Shown here: piece after piece, positions 21,196 through 34,848 of the stretch
Layout of the letters: every line of letters begins with the position of its first letter
Numbering within the stretch: position 1 is the stretch's first letter
Source of the DNA: Naegleria gruberi
Taxonomy: Eukaryota
Assembly (NCBI GenBank): GCA_000004985.1
Contig: GG738858.1
Strand: one strand, 5' to 3'
DNA: 64,000 nucleotides
Program-made: the position numbers and the translations under genes
The notes under the pieces: model-generated
The model's database searches: none
The model's input: only the letters and a program-made list of their open reading frames with translations
Told to the model about the DNA's origin: nothing

Positions 21196-24100
21196 TTAAT
21201 TAACTAGTCCTATCGGAACATAGCAAACCAAACCATAAATACCTCCATCAGGAGTAGTAGTAGCCCACCAACCATATGTTGGATAAGATCCCATAAAGTA
21301 AGCATAGGTAATACTATCACCAGATGCTGGATAATAACTACTGTACCAATCCTTATAGACAATGGTACTTCCATCGGACCAAGTTGTGAAGGAGCCTTGG
21401 GAAATTTCATGTCCCTTAGTACCTAAGAAGAAGGCATTGGTTTCATTCTTTGGAAGGAGATTGTTGGCTAAGAATGTCTTTTCTGTGGCACTTTGAATTT
21501 GGACCAATGAAGCGTTTGGATGGAAATACTTGCACAAACTACTCATTGATTCAACGGCATAATAGTTTTGAAGTTTGGTAAAGTAATAACATCTTCCCAA
21601 TGATGTACTACAGCTCATCTTTCTATACCATGGATAATCAACCATGTTGACCTTTGGAGGTAGAGTTGAAGGAGCAGTAATGATACCTGATGGACCTGTA
21701 ATTGTTCCTTGAGAATATTGAGAACCACCAGCAAGGCCAAATTTGATAATACCTTCTGGAATGTCTCCTGCAATCTTGAGTGTGTAAATCTTGTAGGAAC
21801 CTGGTGCAATAGTGTATGAGCTAGGCAATGACAAGTAGGTGAAACCAGTGAGTCCAGTAATTTGATCAGCACCAATGTAAACAGGGAAGCTTGGTGAATA
21901 ATCATGGAAGGCATCTTGGTTGTATCCTGCTTGTAATTCGAGAGTGAATCTAGTAAGTGCAGGTGATCCAGTAGCAACACTAATATTGTATGTGAAAACA
22001 GTAACTGGAGAGGAAGCGTTCAAGAATGTGGCAGTAGAAGAGGTCTTACCCAAATATTTAACAGAGTAACCACTGCTAGCTAATGGAACGAGTACATTGG
22101 TCTTGGATGTGTCAACAATATTACATGAGTTATCAATAATGGTTTGGTAAATGTTACTCAAATCGTTCCAATTTACCAAGACAAGATTATTTTGATCATA
22201 GTTCATCTTTTGTACTTGAATTTGACCATAACTATCCGTTACAGCAGAGCCTATTCCGATAGCAAGCTGTCTCCAATTCCAAACTGAGCCATAGAGTGAC
22301 ATTTCAGCATTATTAGAGCCACCAATTGACCAAGAGTTAATATCAACTGATCTAACAGTGGCATCAGAACATGGATTACAACGAGATCTATCATCATACC
22401 ACGAGCAAACAGTACAATCTGCGCCTGGGAAGCGAGGGCTCTTACAATAGGATGGGGAAACACCATAGTTTCCAGGATTTGATGAATAGGTTGATCTACA
22501 GCTACCACAAGAGCATGGGTCATTTGAGAGACCATCAGTAATGTGAATCAATAACTTTTGAGAAATTGACTTTCTACCAGAGGCCAACATCATATTAACT
22601 GCAGTATTAATACCTGAAATTGAGTTGGTACCAGATTGAATTTGGGCCATATTCTTGATGGCAGTTAAAACACTAGATTGACTTGTACCAGACTTCAAAT
22701 CCAAGTGAGTTGTAATAGTTGAGGCAAATTGAATAATACCAATGTTTGTTCCAGTTGGAGAGATGTTTGATCCAAAGCCTGTTGTCAAATTGGAAGCAAA
22801 GTTCTTCATGTTAACAAAGTTATCAGCTGTAATACTTCCAGAACCGTCAATAACAAATATGATATCCAAGTTAAGACCGCATTGACACTTGGTGTATTGA
22901 ACTGAGACAACAGCTGATGCTGAGGTACCATCTTGATCTGATTGGATACTGTAAACAAACTTTTGAGTATTACAACTTCCAGTAACTGGATAAACTCTGA
23001 TAATTCTATTGTTGGCAGGATCGGCTGGGTTGAGGATGGCTGGAGTGCCTGATGTACAATATGAGGAATCACCTGATGGACAAGAAATTCCAGTGAAAGT
23101 GAATGTACCACCAAGAGAATCATAGTCATTGCTCAACAAACTTGATACAGAGATATCAATATAGGTATTGAATTGTGTTGATACAAAGTCATTGACAGCA
23201 ACAGGAGGAGAAGCAAGAGCTGAAATTCCAACTTGAACATTCTTAGTAATTGGATTTCTTGCATCAGAATCAGAAACAGCTAAAACAAAGTTACAACTTC
23301 CAAGGAATGTTGCTACTCTCAAAAACTTGACTTGATTGCTGGCAATTGTCAAGGATTGAAGAACGGTGCTATTACAAGTTCCAACATCTGCAATACTCTT
23401 CAAAACTAGAGTGTCTGCAGTGTCGGCATCCTTTGAAGATGAGAGAGAAATATAATCAAATGAAATATAATTATTACTAGCTCTAGAAATTGAATAGACA
23501 TAAGTGTAAGCATTCAAGGTTGGAGCTTGATTAGGTTGAGCAATAATAATCTTACAAATGGCAGTTTGTCCAGCAGTGTTTGTCAAAGAATAGGAAGCAT
23601 AACAATCACTATTTGATGATGAGGTACTTGCTGGAGTGTATGTCAATTTACCAGTAGAGGATGAGATGGAACCAACACCATTAAGAGTAGCAGTGTTAGT
23701 GATAGCCATTGTGACTGGTTCAGAACCAACCTTTGCTGTTAAACTTGTCTTTAAAGCATCTTCAAATTGAGTAGCAGCAGAATTCTTTGTAGTGGAAATT
23801 GTGTAATCAAGACATCCGAAAGAATTACCAGTGATTGTAACAGTGTAAGTGTAGGTTGAAGTTAATTGACCATCAGTCAAGGTGAAAGAGAATTGCAAAG
23901 TTCCCAAATAAGTAGTAGCATAAGTAAGCTTTACAGATCCATCAGAGTTCAACAAGACAGAGGCACCAGTGTTTTGAGTAATCATACTAACACTTGAAAC
24001 AGTAACTGTATCACCATCAGCATCACTTGCACCTGTCAATAGATCAGTGAAAGTATAAGTTGGATTGGAATAACTTCTTTCAATGGTGGTAGTCTTTGCA

Positions 24101-27100
24101 CTTCCAGTTGGAGGTGTATTTCTAATGACTACAGACATGGTAGCATAAGTTGCAACTTGAGCACCATCATAACAACTAAACTTAATGGAGTCTGTAACAT
24201 ATCGTGTTCCATTAGAAAGAGTGGTTGTGTAAGAAATTGAGGAGCTTGGTGTGTAAACAAGAGATCCAGTAGTGTAATCCGAAACAGTTGTTGTACCATA
24301 TGAACCTTGACCAACTCCAAACAAAGACAATGAATCGCTATCAGCATCATAACAGTATTGAGAAACAACATTTGTCAAAGACAAAGTGTTCTTCCAACCA
24401 ATAGTTTTAGAGAATGAAGTAGCTTGAGGAGCAGTATTGGTAAAAACAAGGTTAACAGTGGCAATATTAGAGGTGGCAATTTGATCAGTAATGGTGTATT
24501 GGAATGAATCAGTACCTGGACCATTAATGAAGGTATTCATATAGAAAACAGTTACCAAATCACTTTGTAAAACAAGGGCGGTATTACCTGTTGGCAATTG
24601 AGCACTACCAAAGTTAACATTATTCAAATTCAAAGAATTAGAACCCAAACTCATGATAACACCATACATGTTAACAACATTGAAGTTAAGTTGACCATAG
24701 GTAAGGACATGTCCATAGAATGTACCTTGAATACCTGCAGCGCCAACAATCCAGAAAACGTTCAAGTAACTAGCACCATTCTTGAAACTCCAACTAAAGT
24801 TAGCATTCAAATTTGTGGTGGCAACAAAGATAAAAAGACCACTTCCACTCAATTCAATTTTACCATTTCCATTGAGACCTTGAGAGAAACAATATACACC
24901 TGGAGTAAATGACAAAACACCTGAAGATGGGAAGTTTTGATCAAGAGAGGCAACACAAGACTTTTGTGAAAGATATTGGTAGAGATTTGAGGCAGATGTA
25001 ACAACAGATGAGTAGGCAGCGTTGTTGACACTCAAAGTACCAGTTGGTTTAAGAGCTTGAGCAGTGAAACCAGCAGTGGCAACGCTTCCAGGAACAACCA
25101 AATTGGCAAAGTTATTACAAATGGTTGAACCCTTAGAAATAACAATGTAATCTCCGATACCATTGTATGAACTGACTAAGCTTGATGGATATAACTTGTT
25201 AATATAAATATAATCACCATCAACATCATAATCGTTCAAAACAGGTTTCAAATACAAGGTATTATTGGTCCAGTGTTGAGTGAATGTATTATCAACAGCA
25301 ACAGGAGGAGTATTAGTAATGGTAATGGTAACAGTATTGGTAACACTTGAGAAACCATCAGTTACAACATAGGTGAATGAAGTAGTGAACCCAGCAGTTA
25401 GAGGAACTGGTGTGTACTTGACAAAAGTGGAATTAACAGAAGCAACAGCACCAGTATTTGGTTGAGTGAATGAAACAATGGTCAATGAATCACCATCAGC
25501 ATCAGTAACTCCAGACATCAAATCAATACTGAGGCCACTTTGAACCTTAGCCCAGTGACGACTGAATGTTAATGGAGTTGCTGTAGGAGCGCTATTGGAA
25601 ATAGTAACAAAGATTCCCTTTGATGCAGAAACTCCCATTCCATCAGTTACAGTATAGTTGAAGAATTGTGATGCAGAGTTTCCATTAGAATTGGTGAATG
25701 TGAATGATTTCTTGTCACCACTCAAAGCAACAGTACCTGCACTTGGATTAGTGAATGATGAAATAACAAGATAGTCTCCATCCTCAGTATCAGCATCAGT
25801 TGGCTTGAGAGAATCAGCTCTACCAATAACTGGAATAGAAATTGAGGAAGTGTGACCAGATACAACAATATCTTTAGCAACTGGAAGATTGTTATAGATA
25901 ACAATGCTGAATGTTGCACTTGAAGTGGACCACCCATCAGTGAATGAAACAGTAACGGAATCAGTACCAGTGTAAGCACTATTGACCTTATAGTTAATGG
26001 TGTTTCCTGAACCAAGAGAAGCAACACCAACCAGTGTCTTTGTGACAGCAGTTAAGGTAACAGCATCACCATCAGCATCCTTAAGATAGGAAGAAAGATC
26101 AATAACAGTATTACTCAAAACAGTTCTCCAGTGATATTTGAAAGCTGCAGTAGTATTGGCTGTTGGAACACTATTCAAAATTGTAATGGAAACAGTACCA
26201 GTGACTGTATCTCTTCCATCAGTGATAATATAACTGATTGGGTTGATACTACCAACAAAACCACTGGAAGGAGTGAATTTTACATTTCCAGAGCAAGTGA
26301 CACTACCTTGAGCTGCAGTAACAGATGAAGAGCATGATTGTAATGATAATGAATCTCCATTAGCATCTGAAGAAGCAGAAACAACTTCAAATGTTAAACC
26401 ATTCTTAGCTGAAGACCAAGAACCGACAAATGATTGTGAATTTGTTGTTGGAGCAGTATTGGTAACAGTAACAGTAACAGTTGATGTTGAAGTGGCAATC
26501 TCATCAGTGATTGTATAGTATACAGTATCTGTAGATGGAGCAGTTCTTGGATAGTAAGTAATGTTGGTTGAGGTAAATGTTGGTGACAAAGGAGCTAATG
26601 AACCATAAACATTAGTAACTCTCAATGGATCAGACTCAGCATCAGTATCGTTAGCAACAACATTCAAAGTGTAAGAAGCAACGTTCCAGTGAGTAGTGAG
26701 CTTATCTGGAACAGCTACTGGGGCAGTATTGTAAACAATCAAGTTGACAGTTGTGGTAACTTGACCGTTTGAAGCACCATCAGTAACAATGTACTTGAAT
26801 GAAAGTGAACCCACAAAGTTTCCAGAACCAAGGATTTTGACAGACTTGCTATCCAAAACAGTTACGGAACCAACACTTGGTTGAGAAGCAATTGAAACCA
26901 AACTCAATGAGTCGCCATCAGTATCATAATCAGCTGGAGCATAATTTAAGATATCAATTTCAATACCTGCCTTGAAAGTTCTCCATGGAACTGAAATAGT
27001 CTTGGTTTGAGAAGTTGGAGCGTTGTTTACAACAGTTACAGAGATTGAACTAGTTGAGCTCTTCATAGAGTCAGAAACTCTGTAGTTAGCAGTGTAAACA

Positions 27101-30100
27101 CCAACAGTGTTGGATGCAGTGAATGTGGCAATATTTGAAGAAACAGACAATGATCCCTTACTTGGTTGAGTATCTGCTGAGAAGGACAAGTTATTGACAT
27201 CCAATGGATCAGCATCAGAAGTGTAACTAGTCAAGTTGAAAGCAACACTTTGTCCGAAATGGACTGTACCTGTAATTGCTTGAGCTGTTGGGGCAGTATC
27301 ATAAACAGTCATGGTGAAGACAATGTAACTATTACCACTGCTTGTGTAATATTTCAATGTAAATTGTTCATTACCCAAATAGGATCCAGAAGGTTTATAG
27401 GTAACAGTCTTCAAATCAGAAGAAACACTTACTATACCCCCGTGGTTTGGATCAGATAATGGTGTTTGATCGAGAGTTGTACCAGTCTCTGAAAGCTTAT
27501 CGAGAGGTAAGAATACATATCCAACACTTGAGTATCTGAAATGAACATTGTAGTATTGTTCAGTACTGGATGGAGAAGTTGATGTAATGTTAATCTTCAA
27601 GTAACCAATTGATGTAGTCAATCCATCACTAATGGTATATGGAACAGTGTCAACACCCAATGACTTGACTAAGCTTGGGTCAGGGAAATAGACAATTTTA
27701 CCGTCAGATGGTTGGGCAGCACCACTGCCAAACATGCTTGAAGAACCTACATTCTCAATCTTCAAATATGGAACATCTTGAATGTCAGAATCAGTTGCTA
27801 AAGAAATAACGTCAATAGTGATACCATATTGAATGTTACCACCAGAGTAGGTCAAGGTAAGATTGGCAGCAACTGGAGCATTATTGTAAGAGTTTGTGGT
27901 CAATGTGGCAGAAGATGACTCAAAACCATCTGAGAGAATAACCTTACAAGCATCACTTGATGCAAATGCACTTCTCAAATATTTAACACCCTTGATTCCA
28001 TTTCCTAAATCAACAAGGGAGCAATAAGAGCTGGAACCAGTGTTGAATGAGAGTGAATAATAATCACCATCAGCATCTGTGAGAGTATTGTAAACAGTGT
28101 AAGAAACTCCATTTGTTTGAACAGTTCTCCAATGAGCAGATGTAGATTGATCACTGATAGATGGCTTATTAGTATTGACAATGTTGACTGTAACAGTGGA
28201 AGCTGAGGAGTAGAGAGCTCCATCATATGCCTTGTAAGTGAATGTCTTGGCTCCAAGGGTTGGTGGATTCTTCAATGTATATCTGAGTAAATTATTTACA
28301 ATGCTTAATGATCCTTCACTAACAGATGATGGGTTAGTAACAGTGAGGGCATCATTATCAGCATCAATATCATTAGACAAGACATTAATATCAACGAATG
28401 AAGTATTCCATTGGACAGTAACAGTATCACTATTTGCAACTGGTGCGTTATCAGTACAGTTGACTGTAACAGTGTTGCTTGCGGTTTCAATACCATCAGT
28501 GATTCTGTAAGTGAAAGAGTAAACTCCAATAGAAGCACTTGATTGTTTGTAAACCAACTTGGATGAAACAACAGAGGCAGATCCTTGTGATGGAGCTGAA
28601 ACAATTGGTGTGGTATCAAATGCCAAACTGTCACCATCAGAGTCCGAACATTCACTCAAAATGTCAATGGAAATACCAGAAACACAAGTGGACCACTTGG
28701 ATACAATATTCTTTGAAACTGCTGTTGGAGCGTAATTTTGAATAGTAACAGGATAGGAGGCAGTCTTACTGATCCAACCATCTGTGTAAGAAATGGTCAA
28801 TTGAGAAGCTCCTAACTTGACAGTTTTTGGAAGATTCCAAACAATAACCTTATCAGAATTAATAGTTGGAGTACCATAAGAGCTGTCATATGCAGAAATT
28901 GAGAAAGATACAGAATCACCATCACTATCGGAAATACTTGAAGAAATATCAATAAGAGATTGATTCTTGGTCCAGTGAATACTTGTTGGGAATGGTGTGG
29001 CAATTGGAGCGGAATTTTGTACATCGATATTCCATTTGGCAACACTATTCAATAAGCCATCAGTAAAAGTAACAGTTACAACACATACACCAGTACTTCC
29101 TGCTGCACTAGTGAAAGTAACAGTGGAGGTGGTGTAGGAAACAGAACCACAACTAGAAGTTGAGGCTCCCTTAACAACAACTGTATCTTCAGAGTCAGAA
29201 TCAGTGACGTTGAACCAAGCAATAGCATTCTTAGTATATCCATTGCTTACATCAGTAAAATGTCTTGTTTCAGAGATATCATTTGAAACTGGAGCGTTAT
29301 CATAAACTATAACATTGACAGTGACAATAGAAAAGCTTGAACCATCAGTGATTTGAACCTTGAATGAATCACTTCCCAAGTATCCAGCATTTTGCTTGTA
29401 AATAACGTTTGGAATTGTAGTAGCATCACCATTTGAGATTGTAATACTACCGTGTGCTGGAGCTTGATCTGGAGTGGTAACAATTGACAATGAATCACCA
29501 TCGTTATCAACAGGTTGAGCAATACTGAAAATGTTAATTACAGAACCAGTGGATTGAGTGCTCCAGTGAACAGTCTTTGAGATGGTCTTATCTTGTGGCT
29601 TGTCATTATTTGTAACAGTAATAGAAACAGAAGCAATATTACTTGTTGAAGGACCATCAGTACAAGTGTATGTAAAGTTTTGAACTCCCAAACCAGAAGA
29701 ACTTGGAGTGAAGGAAACAAATGACTTGGATGAATCCAAAACCAAATTACCAGCAAATCCAGAAGAAGTAGTGAATGATTTGATAGCGATTGGATCAGTG
29801 TCAGCATCAACATCATTGGTAAGGAGATTTAATTGCTTGTTGGAAATTCTCCAATGCATTGTATATGAATCGTCATTGGCAACTGGTGCAGTATTAGTAA
29901 CTTCAACATTGACACTACCAACAGTTGATTTACCATAATCAGAAACAACATAAGTGAATGAATCAGTACCAACAAAGTTATTGGCCTCGATAGAAGTATA
30001 GACCAAACCATCAGTTCCATCACCAAGTGTAACACGAGAGACTGAACCCTTAGAACCTTGAGTGAATGAAGCAATATGGAGTGAATCACCATCAGCATCT

Positions 30101-32550
30101 GTACATGATGTTAATACAGGAATGTTAACAGATGATGAACGCCAATGAGTACGAGCAGTGACATCACCAGCAACTGGAGCAGTATTAGAAACAGAAACAG
30201 TTACAGTGGCAGATGAAACAGAAACATCCATACCATCTGTACAAGTGTAAGTGAAGGTATCATTACCAACGAATCCATTACTTGGAACGTAGAGAATGGA
30301 CTTTCCACCTTGATAAATTGAAACAGTAGCACCATTATTGGAAGTATAGGAAACAGAGTTAACAGTGAGAGAATCACCATTGATATCCTTGTCATTATCG
30401 AGAACATTGATAACAACACTTCTATTCCATGAAACAGTTGCTAAATCATCAACTGGAACAGGAGCATCATTGACAACATGAACAGTGACAACAGCCTTAT
30501 TGGAAACTAATTTTTCAACATCAGCAACATCAAATTCGACATAGTCAACATAAACTGAAGACAAAGCAGTATAATTAGCATAATCATTACCAGGTGTGAA
30601 ACTAATAGACAATCCATACGTGCTTTGAGAAAAACTATTATAAGTAATCTTATCACCATTTGGATCATAACTGTTCAAGATTGGATTAATAGAAGAAGTT
30701 AAACCCTTTGAAACTGTAAAGCTTGAAGCAACAGCAACAGGAGCAGTATTAACAACCTTAATAATTACATATCCAGTACGATTGAATGTGCCTTCAGTGC
30801 TTCCATCGGCATTGGTATTAATGACAATGTATGAAGCAACATCTTCACCTGTGAAATCATGAGCTGGTTCATAAAGGGTATTGTTATCGTCTAGTCTGGT
30901 AATTTTACCTCCATTCAAAGTGGTAGCAGAGACAAAATTAAGCTTCAAGACATCACCAGATTGACTGTAATCATTGCTGATAACATCGACAGTGACTTGT
31001 CCATTCTTTTGACAAGTTGCTGTATCATTGACTGGAATAGGAGGAGAAGGAACTACATTGATAGTAATAGTGGCAAGTACAGAATCAACACCATCACTAA
31101 CTTTGACTTTGAAGGATTCAGAGTAGACAACACCTTGCTCTGGAGTGTAAAGAAGAGTATAGGCATTGCTATTAACTTGATAAAAGTCACCACTTGGATA
31201 GTAAACGCTTTTAACAGAAGTAACAACAGACAAGGAGGAAGAACCACGAGTCAATTTGGTAGTTGGAGTCAACGTAACAGTATCCAAGATATCTTCATCA
31301 GAGAAAGTCAAATCAATGAGATTATTCTTTGAATTCTTTGGAACATCAATAGTCAAATCCTTTGCAGAAGGAGGCAAGTTGACTATTTTGATAAAAACAA
31401 ATGAAGAGCTTGTGAGTGCTCCATCTGTAATAGTGTATTCGAAAGCATCACTGGCAGGAGTTGAAATGAATGGCTTTGGAATATATTGCAAGAAAGCACC
31501 TTGAGCACCAACAAGAACAGTACCAGTAGAACCGAGACCAGTAGAACCTGAAACAATTGTAATATTATCACCATTGATATCATAATCGTTTGACAAGACA
31601 CTCAAAGTTGCCATGGTATTCTTATTAACAGTATAGGAATCTGGCTCAGCAGTTGGGGCATCATTTGCAACAATAATCTTGAGAGTAGCTGTTACATTGG
31701 AATAACCATCTGATACAGTATAGTTAAGCTGCTCTTCATTATTAAAGCCATAAGCAGGAGTATAATAAACAAACAATTCATCAAATGAAATGGAACTTCC
31801 CTCAGAAACAGAACCACCCAATGAAGTAATAAAAAGTGTATCTCCATCTACATCAGAAGTCATTCCTCCATTTTCAGTAACAAAGTTGAAAACATCAAAA
31901 TTATTATTCTTTGAATTCTTATTGACTGTATATTGCAAATCAACAACATCTGGAGCACGATTCAAAACTTGGACATGGATTTTTGCTGTGGCAACAGTCC
32001 ATGAATTGGTGATGGTATATTCTAATGTATCATTTCCTGCAAAACTTCCACTTGATGTGTAAACAATTGTATTCTTGGCAGATAACACAGCTTTACCATG
32101 AGCAGGTTGAGTAATATTGAGAATTGTTAAATTTGAAGATCTAGTATCATAATCATTAGAAAGTGGATAGAAATTTGAAGGCACTTTCTTATAAACTTGA
32201 TAATAATCATCCACAGCAACAGGATTGTAAACTGTTGCATTCAAAGTTACCATCAAGATGGTAGCAACAACACTGGCAACAACAAGACTTGAAATAACAG
32301 CACCTATAACAGTTTGACTAATAGTGCCTCCCTATTGAAGAAGATGAAAGGATTCACAAACATGATATTCGAAACAATGTTAAAAATTACAGAAACATGA
32401 AGAACCATCATGGAACATTATATTTCCATCAATACGCATTAGCAAAGGCTATTCGAAACTAAGTATCCTACAAACCTTCAAGAGGGAAATATTGGCTGTA
32501 AAGCCTGTACGAGACACAGTTGAAGAACCCAACACAGTACCTGCAGGCAT
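21196..32550 (-). CDS. Giant (about 3,711 aa) predicted type II membrane adhesin-like protein. It has an N-terminal cytosolic tail plus signal-anchor TM, about 25-30 tandem cadherin-like/bacterial-Ig-like repeats, an embedded DUF3494 ice-binding-like beta-helix, a VWA domain and a C-terminal C-type lectin domain. Exon 1 is 32476..32550, intron 32332..32475, exon 2 is 21196..32331.
   Basis: An uninterrupted 11 kb ORF. Exon 1 (MPAGTVLGSSTVSRTGFTANISLLK, gtttgt donor) splices to GGTISQTVIGAVISSLVVASVVATILMV (TM) in frame. The repeats follow the pattern VxNxAPVA..D..T.HW…ID(V/I)L.ND.D.DGD.L.I… and end …Y.VTDG…S…V.V.V. The DUF3494-like segment runs PGVYCF…LFIFVATTNL…NGASYLNVFWIVGAAGIQGT…GHVLTYGQL, at about 24560..25160. 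The VWA/MIDAS motif is DIIFVIDGSGSI…HITDGLSND, at about 22480..22900. The CTLD runs CYYF…WSDGS…WY…C at 21196..~21640. Confidence 0.8.
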
Positions 32551-33537
32551 CTTCTTGCTAGTTCGTTAACTTTTTTTTTAATGATGTCTTCATCTTGGGG
32601 TGTGCGGGAAGAGATGCTCATTTGGTGAACAAGGATGAACACAAGCACATGTTATTGAAGAAACCTCGAGTACTGGATAGCAGTAAGATGCGTTAAAAAC
32701 ATTGTTGTTCAAATTGTCAATCGCAGGAAATAGATGACAGAAATTTGTGACTGAAAATATATAGCATTGAATATTTCCAGAATGGCACTCGGAATTTGTC
32801 ATCTCAATCATCAAGTCAATTTGAAAAAGGAAGGTACCGTACTGTAAACAGACAATAAACAATAAAAAACATATTGGAAAATATTGTAAATAAGAGGATT
32901 TCGTACACTGTAAGAGCAAAAATAACATTATAGAAACTAAACTATTCTGTTCAATTAAGACTCGGTAAGCTAAATTTCAAAGAAATAAGCAATTCCTAGT
33001 TAATTGAAATGAAAATTCAATATTTCTTGTTTGCTTTGACCCAGTTCGCCAAACAACGCATAAATAAAATTGTCAATTCACCCGCTTGCCGAATCTTCAA
33101 ATTTACTCTCGACATAAGACATTAGCCTTGGATTGTCAAGCTTATATGACCTACACCTTAGTTCGTGAATTTCACTATGGCATTCATCACCACAAAAGTC
33201 TCCAACGAGAACTAACCAACTACTAGTATTAGTTCTATTTATTGTACAACTTACGAATTGAGCAGTTCAATTTTTGAACTGGTAGTTCACAAGATGTCAC
33301 TACAGATTCTCGTGTTTTACAGTATCAGCAGGTTTTTTAGTTCGCTACTGGTTCGCAGTGAGTTGAAACCTTATTGAGTGTGAAAGTGTTTGTGTTGAAT
33401 TAAACTCATTCCATGAGAGTTAAACTATGATGAATGGCATAGAATGTGTTCGAATTCGATTTTAGTAAGAATTCAATGAATTGTATTCCATTTTGGTCCA
33501 CTTCCACAGCTTATTCCTATCAAATATGTGAGAGAGT

Positions 33538-34848
33538 TTACAATTTGTGCATATCATGCTCAAGGATATGCATCACAGTTTCAAGTATTGTTTGATCCAA
33601 ATCTGTAAACTCCAATCCATATTTGCCTTTAACATAATTATTCGAAAAATGTAATTCCTTCCCAACCATTCCTCTCAATAAATCATATTGAGGTTTTGGT
33701 CCTGTTAAGTAAGCTCCTAACAATAGGATTTTATCTCCGATTGTATTTTCTAAAAATGGTATCTGAGTGGGAAGTTTCAGCTTCTTTTTTTCAAGAATTT
33801 GAAGAGCTTGTGGATATTTTGATATGGCCTGACAAATATCTCTTGTGCAAATTGTGTTATTGTGAACAATGACACGTTCTTGATTTGATGCCAAGTAATC
33901 ATGATCTATGTAAAATCCATTTGATTGATCATTTACGGGTTTTGATGTTTTTTCCATGACTAGACAATGAGCTAGTGCAACATCTCTCACATCGACAGAT
34001 GGACAGAATAATCTGACATGTGCTGGTATATCTACAATACTTGAAATAATTGGTTGCATTCCAATATTCTTTCTAATTCCTATTGATGGTCCAAACATGG
34101 TCGAAGGAAGAACTGCTGCAATTTCCAATTGAGTATTTGAAAATTCTCCTTTCAATAATTCAAAAGCTTCCCTTTCCGACATTGTTTTACAATAGGCATA
34201 TGTACATTGAGTGAGAGATGCCTTATCATTCCATTCTGCTTCATCAAAGTAATGCCAACTCTTTGATTTATAATCCCAAAGAGCATCTGTTGATACTGCT
34301 GTAATGGAGGATGTAAAAATCAATCTCTTCAATCTCCTTGAGTCATTTCTCTCGTTCTGCTCCTTTCTAATTTTTACACATTCTCTCACTACATTTTTCA
34401 CACCATTTACAATTGGATCAAAGAGCTCTGATTTTGGATCTGATGAATTTCTGGTGAGTGCATCATCAAGTGGACACGCAGTAGCAAACACTCCATCACA
34501 ATCCAAAAATGCATTGTAAAAACTTCCATCTTTTGCCAAATCTGCTTGAAAAAATTGCAAATTATCATCCAAACCCTCCTGACAAGCAGCCTTCTTTATA
34601 AATTCATAATTTTCCACCTTTCCCAAATTCCTCACTGTCAAATTAACTGCATGTCCACGTCGGAGAAGAGTCATTACTAGATGACTTCCTAAAAATCCCG
34701 AACCACCAATTACACAATATTTTCTTTTTGAATTTTCTTTCAATGGTAAAGAGGTTTCTTCCATGTTGTTTGTTGCCAATTCTTGTTGTTGATTAATAGT
34801 GGTGATGTGATGTTGTTGAGAATAATCTTCGGGATAGTTTGTTCCCAT
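33538..34848 (-). CDS. NAD(P)-dependent epimerase/dehydratase (extended SDR, 3-beta-HSD / cinnamoyl-CoA-reductase-like) with a Q/N-rich N-terminal extension
   Basis: Rossmann motif YCVIGGSGFLGSHLV and catalytic YAYCK (YxxxK). Intronless 436-aa ORF with ATG at 34848. Confidence 0.65.
   Translation of the reverse strand: MGTNYPEDYSQQHHITTINQQQELATNNMEETSLPLKENSKRKYCVIGGSGFLGSHLVMTLLRRGHAVNLTVRNLGKVENYEFIKKAACQEGLDDNLQFFQADLAKDGSFYNAFLDCDGVFATACPLDDALTRNSSDPKSELFDPIVNGVKNVVRECVKIRKEQNERNDSRRLKRLIFTSSITAVSTDALWDYKSKSWHYFDEAEWNDKASLTQCTYAYCKTMSEREAFELLKGEFSNTQLEIAAVLPSTMFGPSIGIRKNIGMQPIISSIVDIPAHVRLFCPSVDVRDVALAHCLVMEKTSKPVNDQSNGFYIDHDYLASNQERVIVHNNTICTRDICQAISKYPQALQILEKKKLKLPTQIPFLENTIGDKILLLGAYLTGPKPQYDLLRGMVGKELHFSNNYVKGKYGLEFTDLDQTILETVMHILEHDMHKL

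Noticed and set aside
21210-32062. About 25 short ORFs (60-125 aa) on both strands inside the giant adhesin gene, for example 21615..21980, 22806..23129, 26131..26328, 28238..28510, 30961..31332.
   Set aside because: They are alternative-frame or antisense artefacts of a long Thr/Ser/Val-rich coding sequence. They have no start context, no domains, and lie entirely within a continuous 3,686-codon frame.
32590-32928. 112-aa minus-strand ORF just upstream of the adhesin gene
   Set aside because: It starts at a non-ATG codon in the track, is Cys/Phe-rich nonsense with no homology features, and overlaps the likely adhesin promoter/5'UTR.
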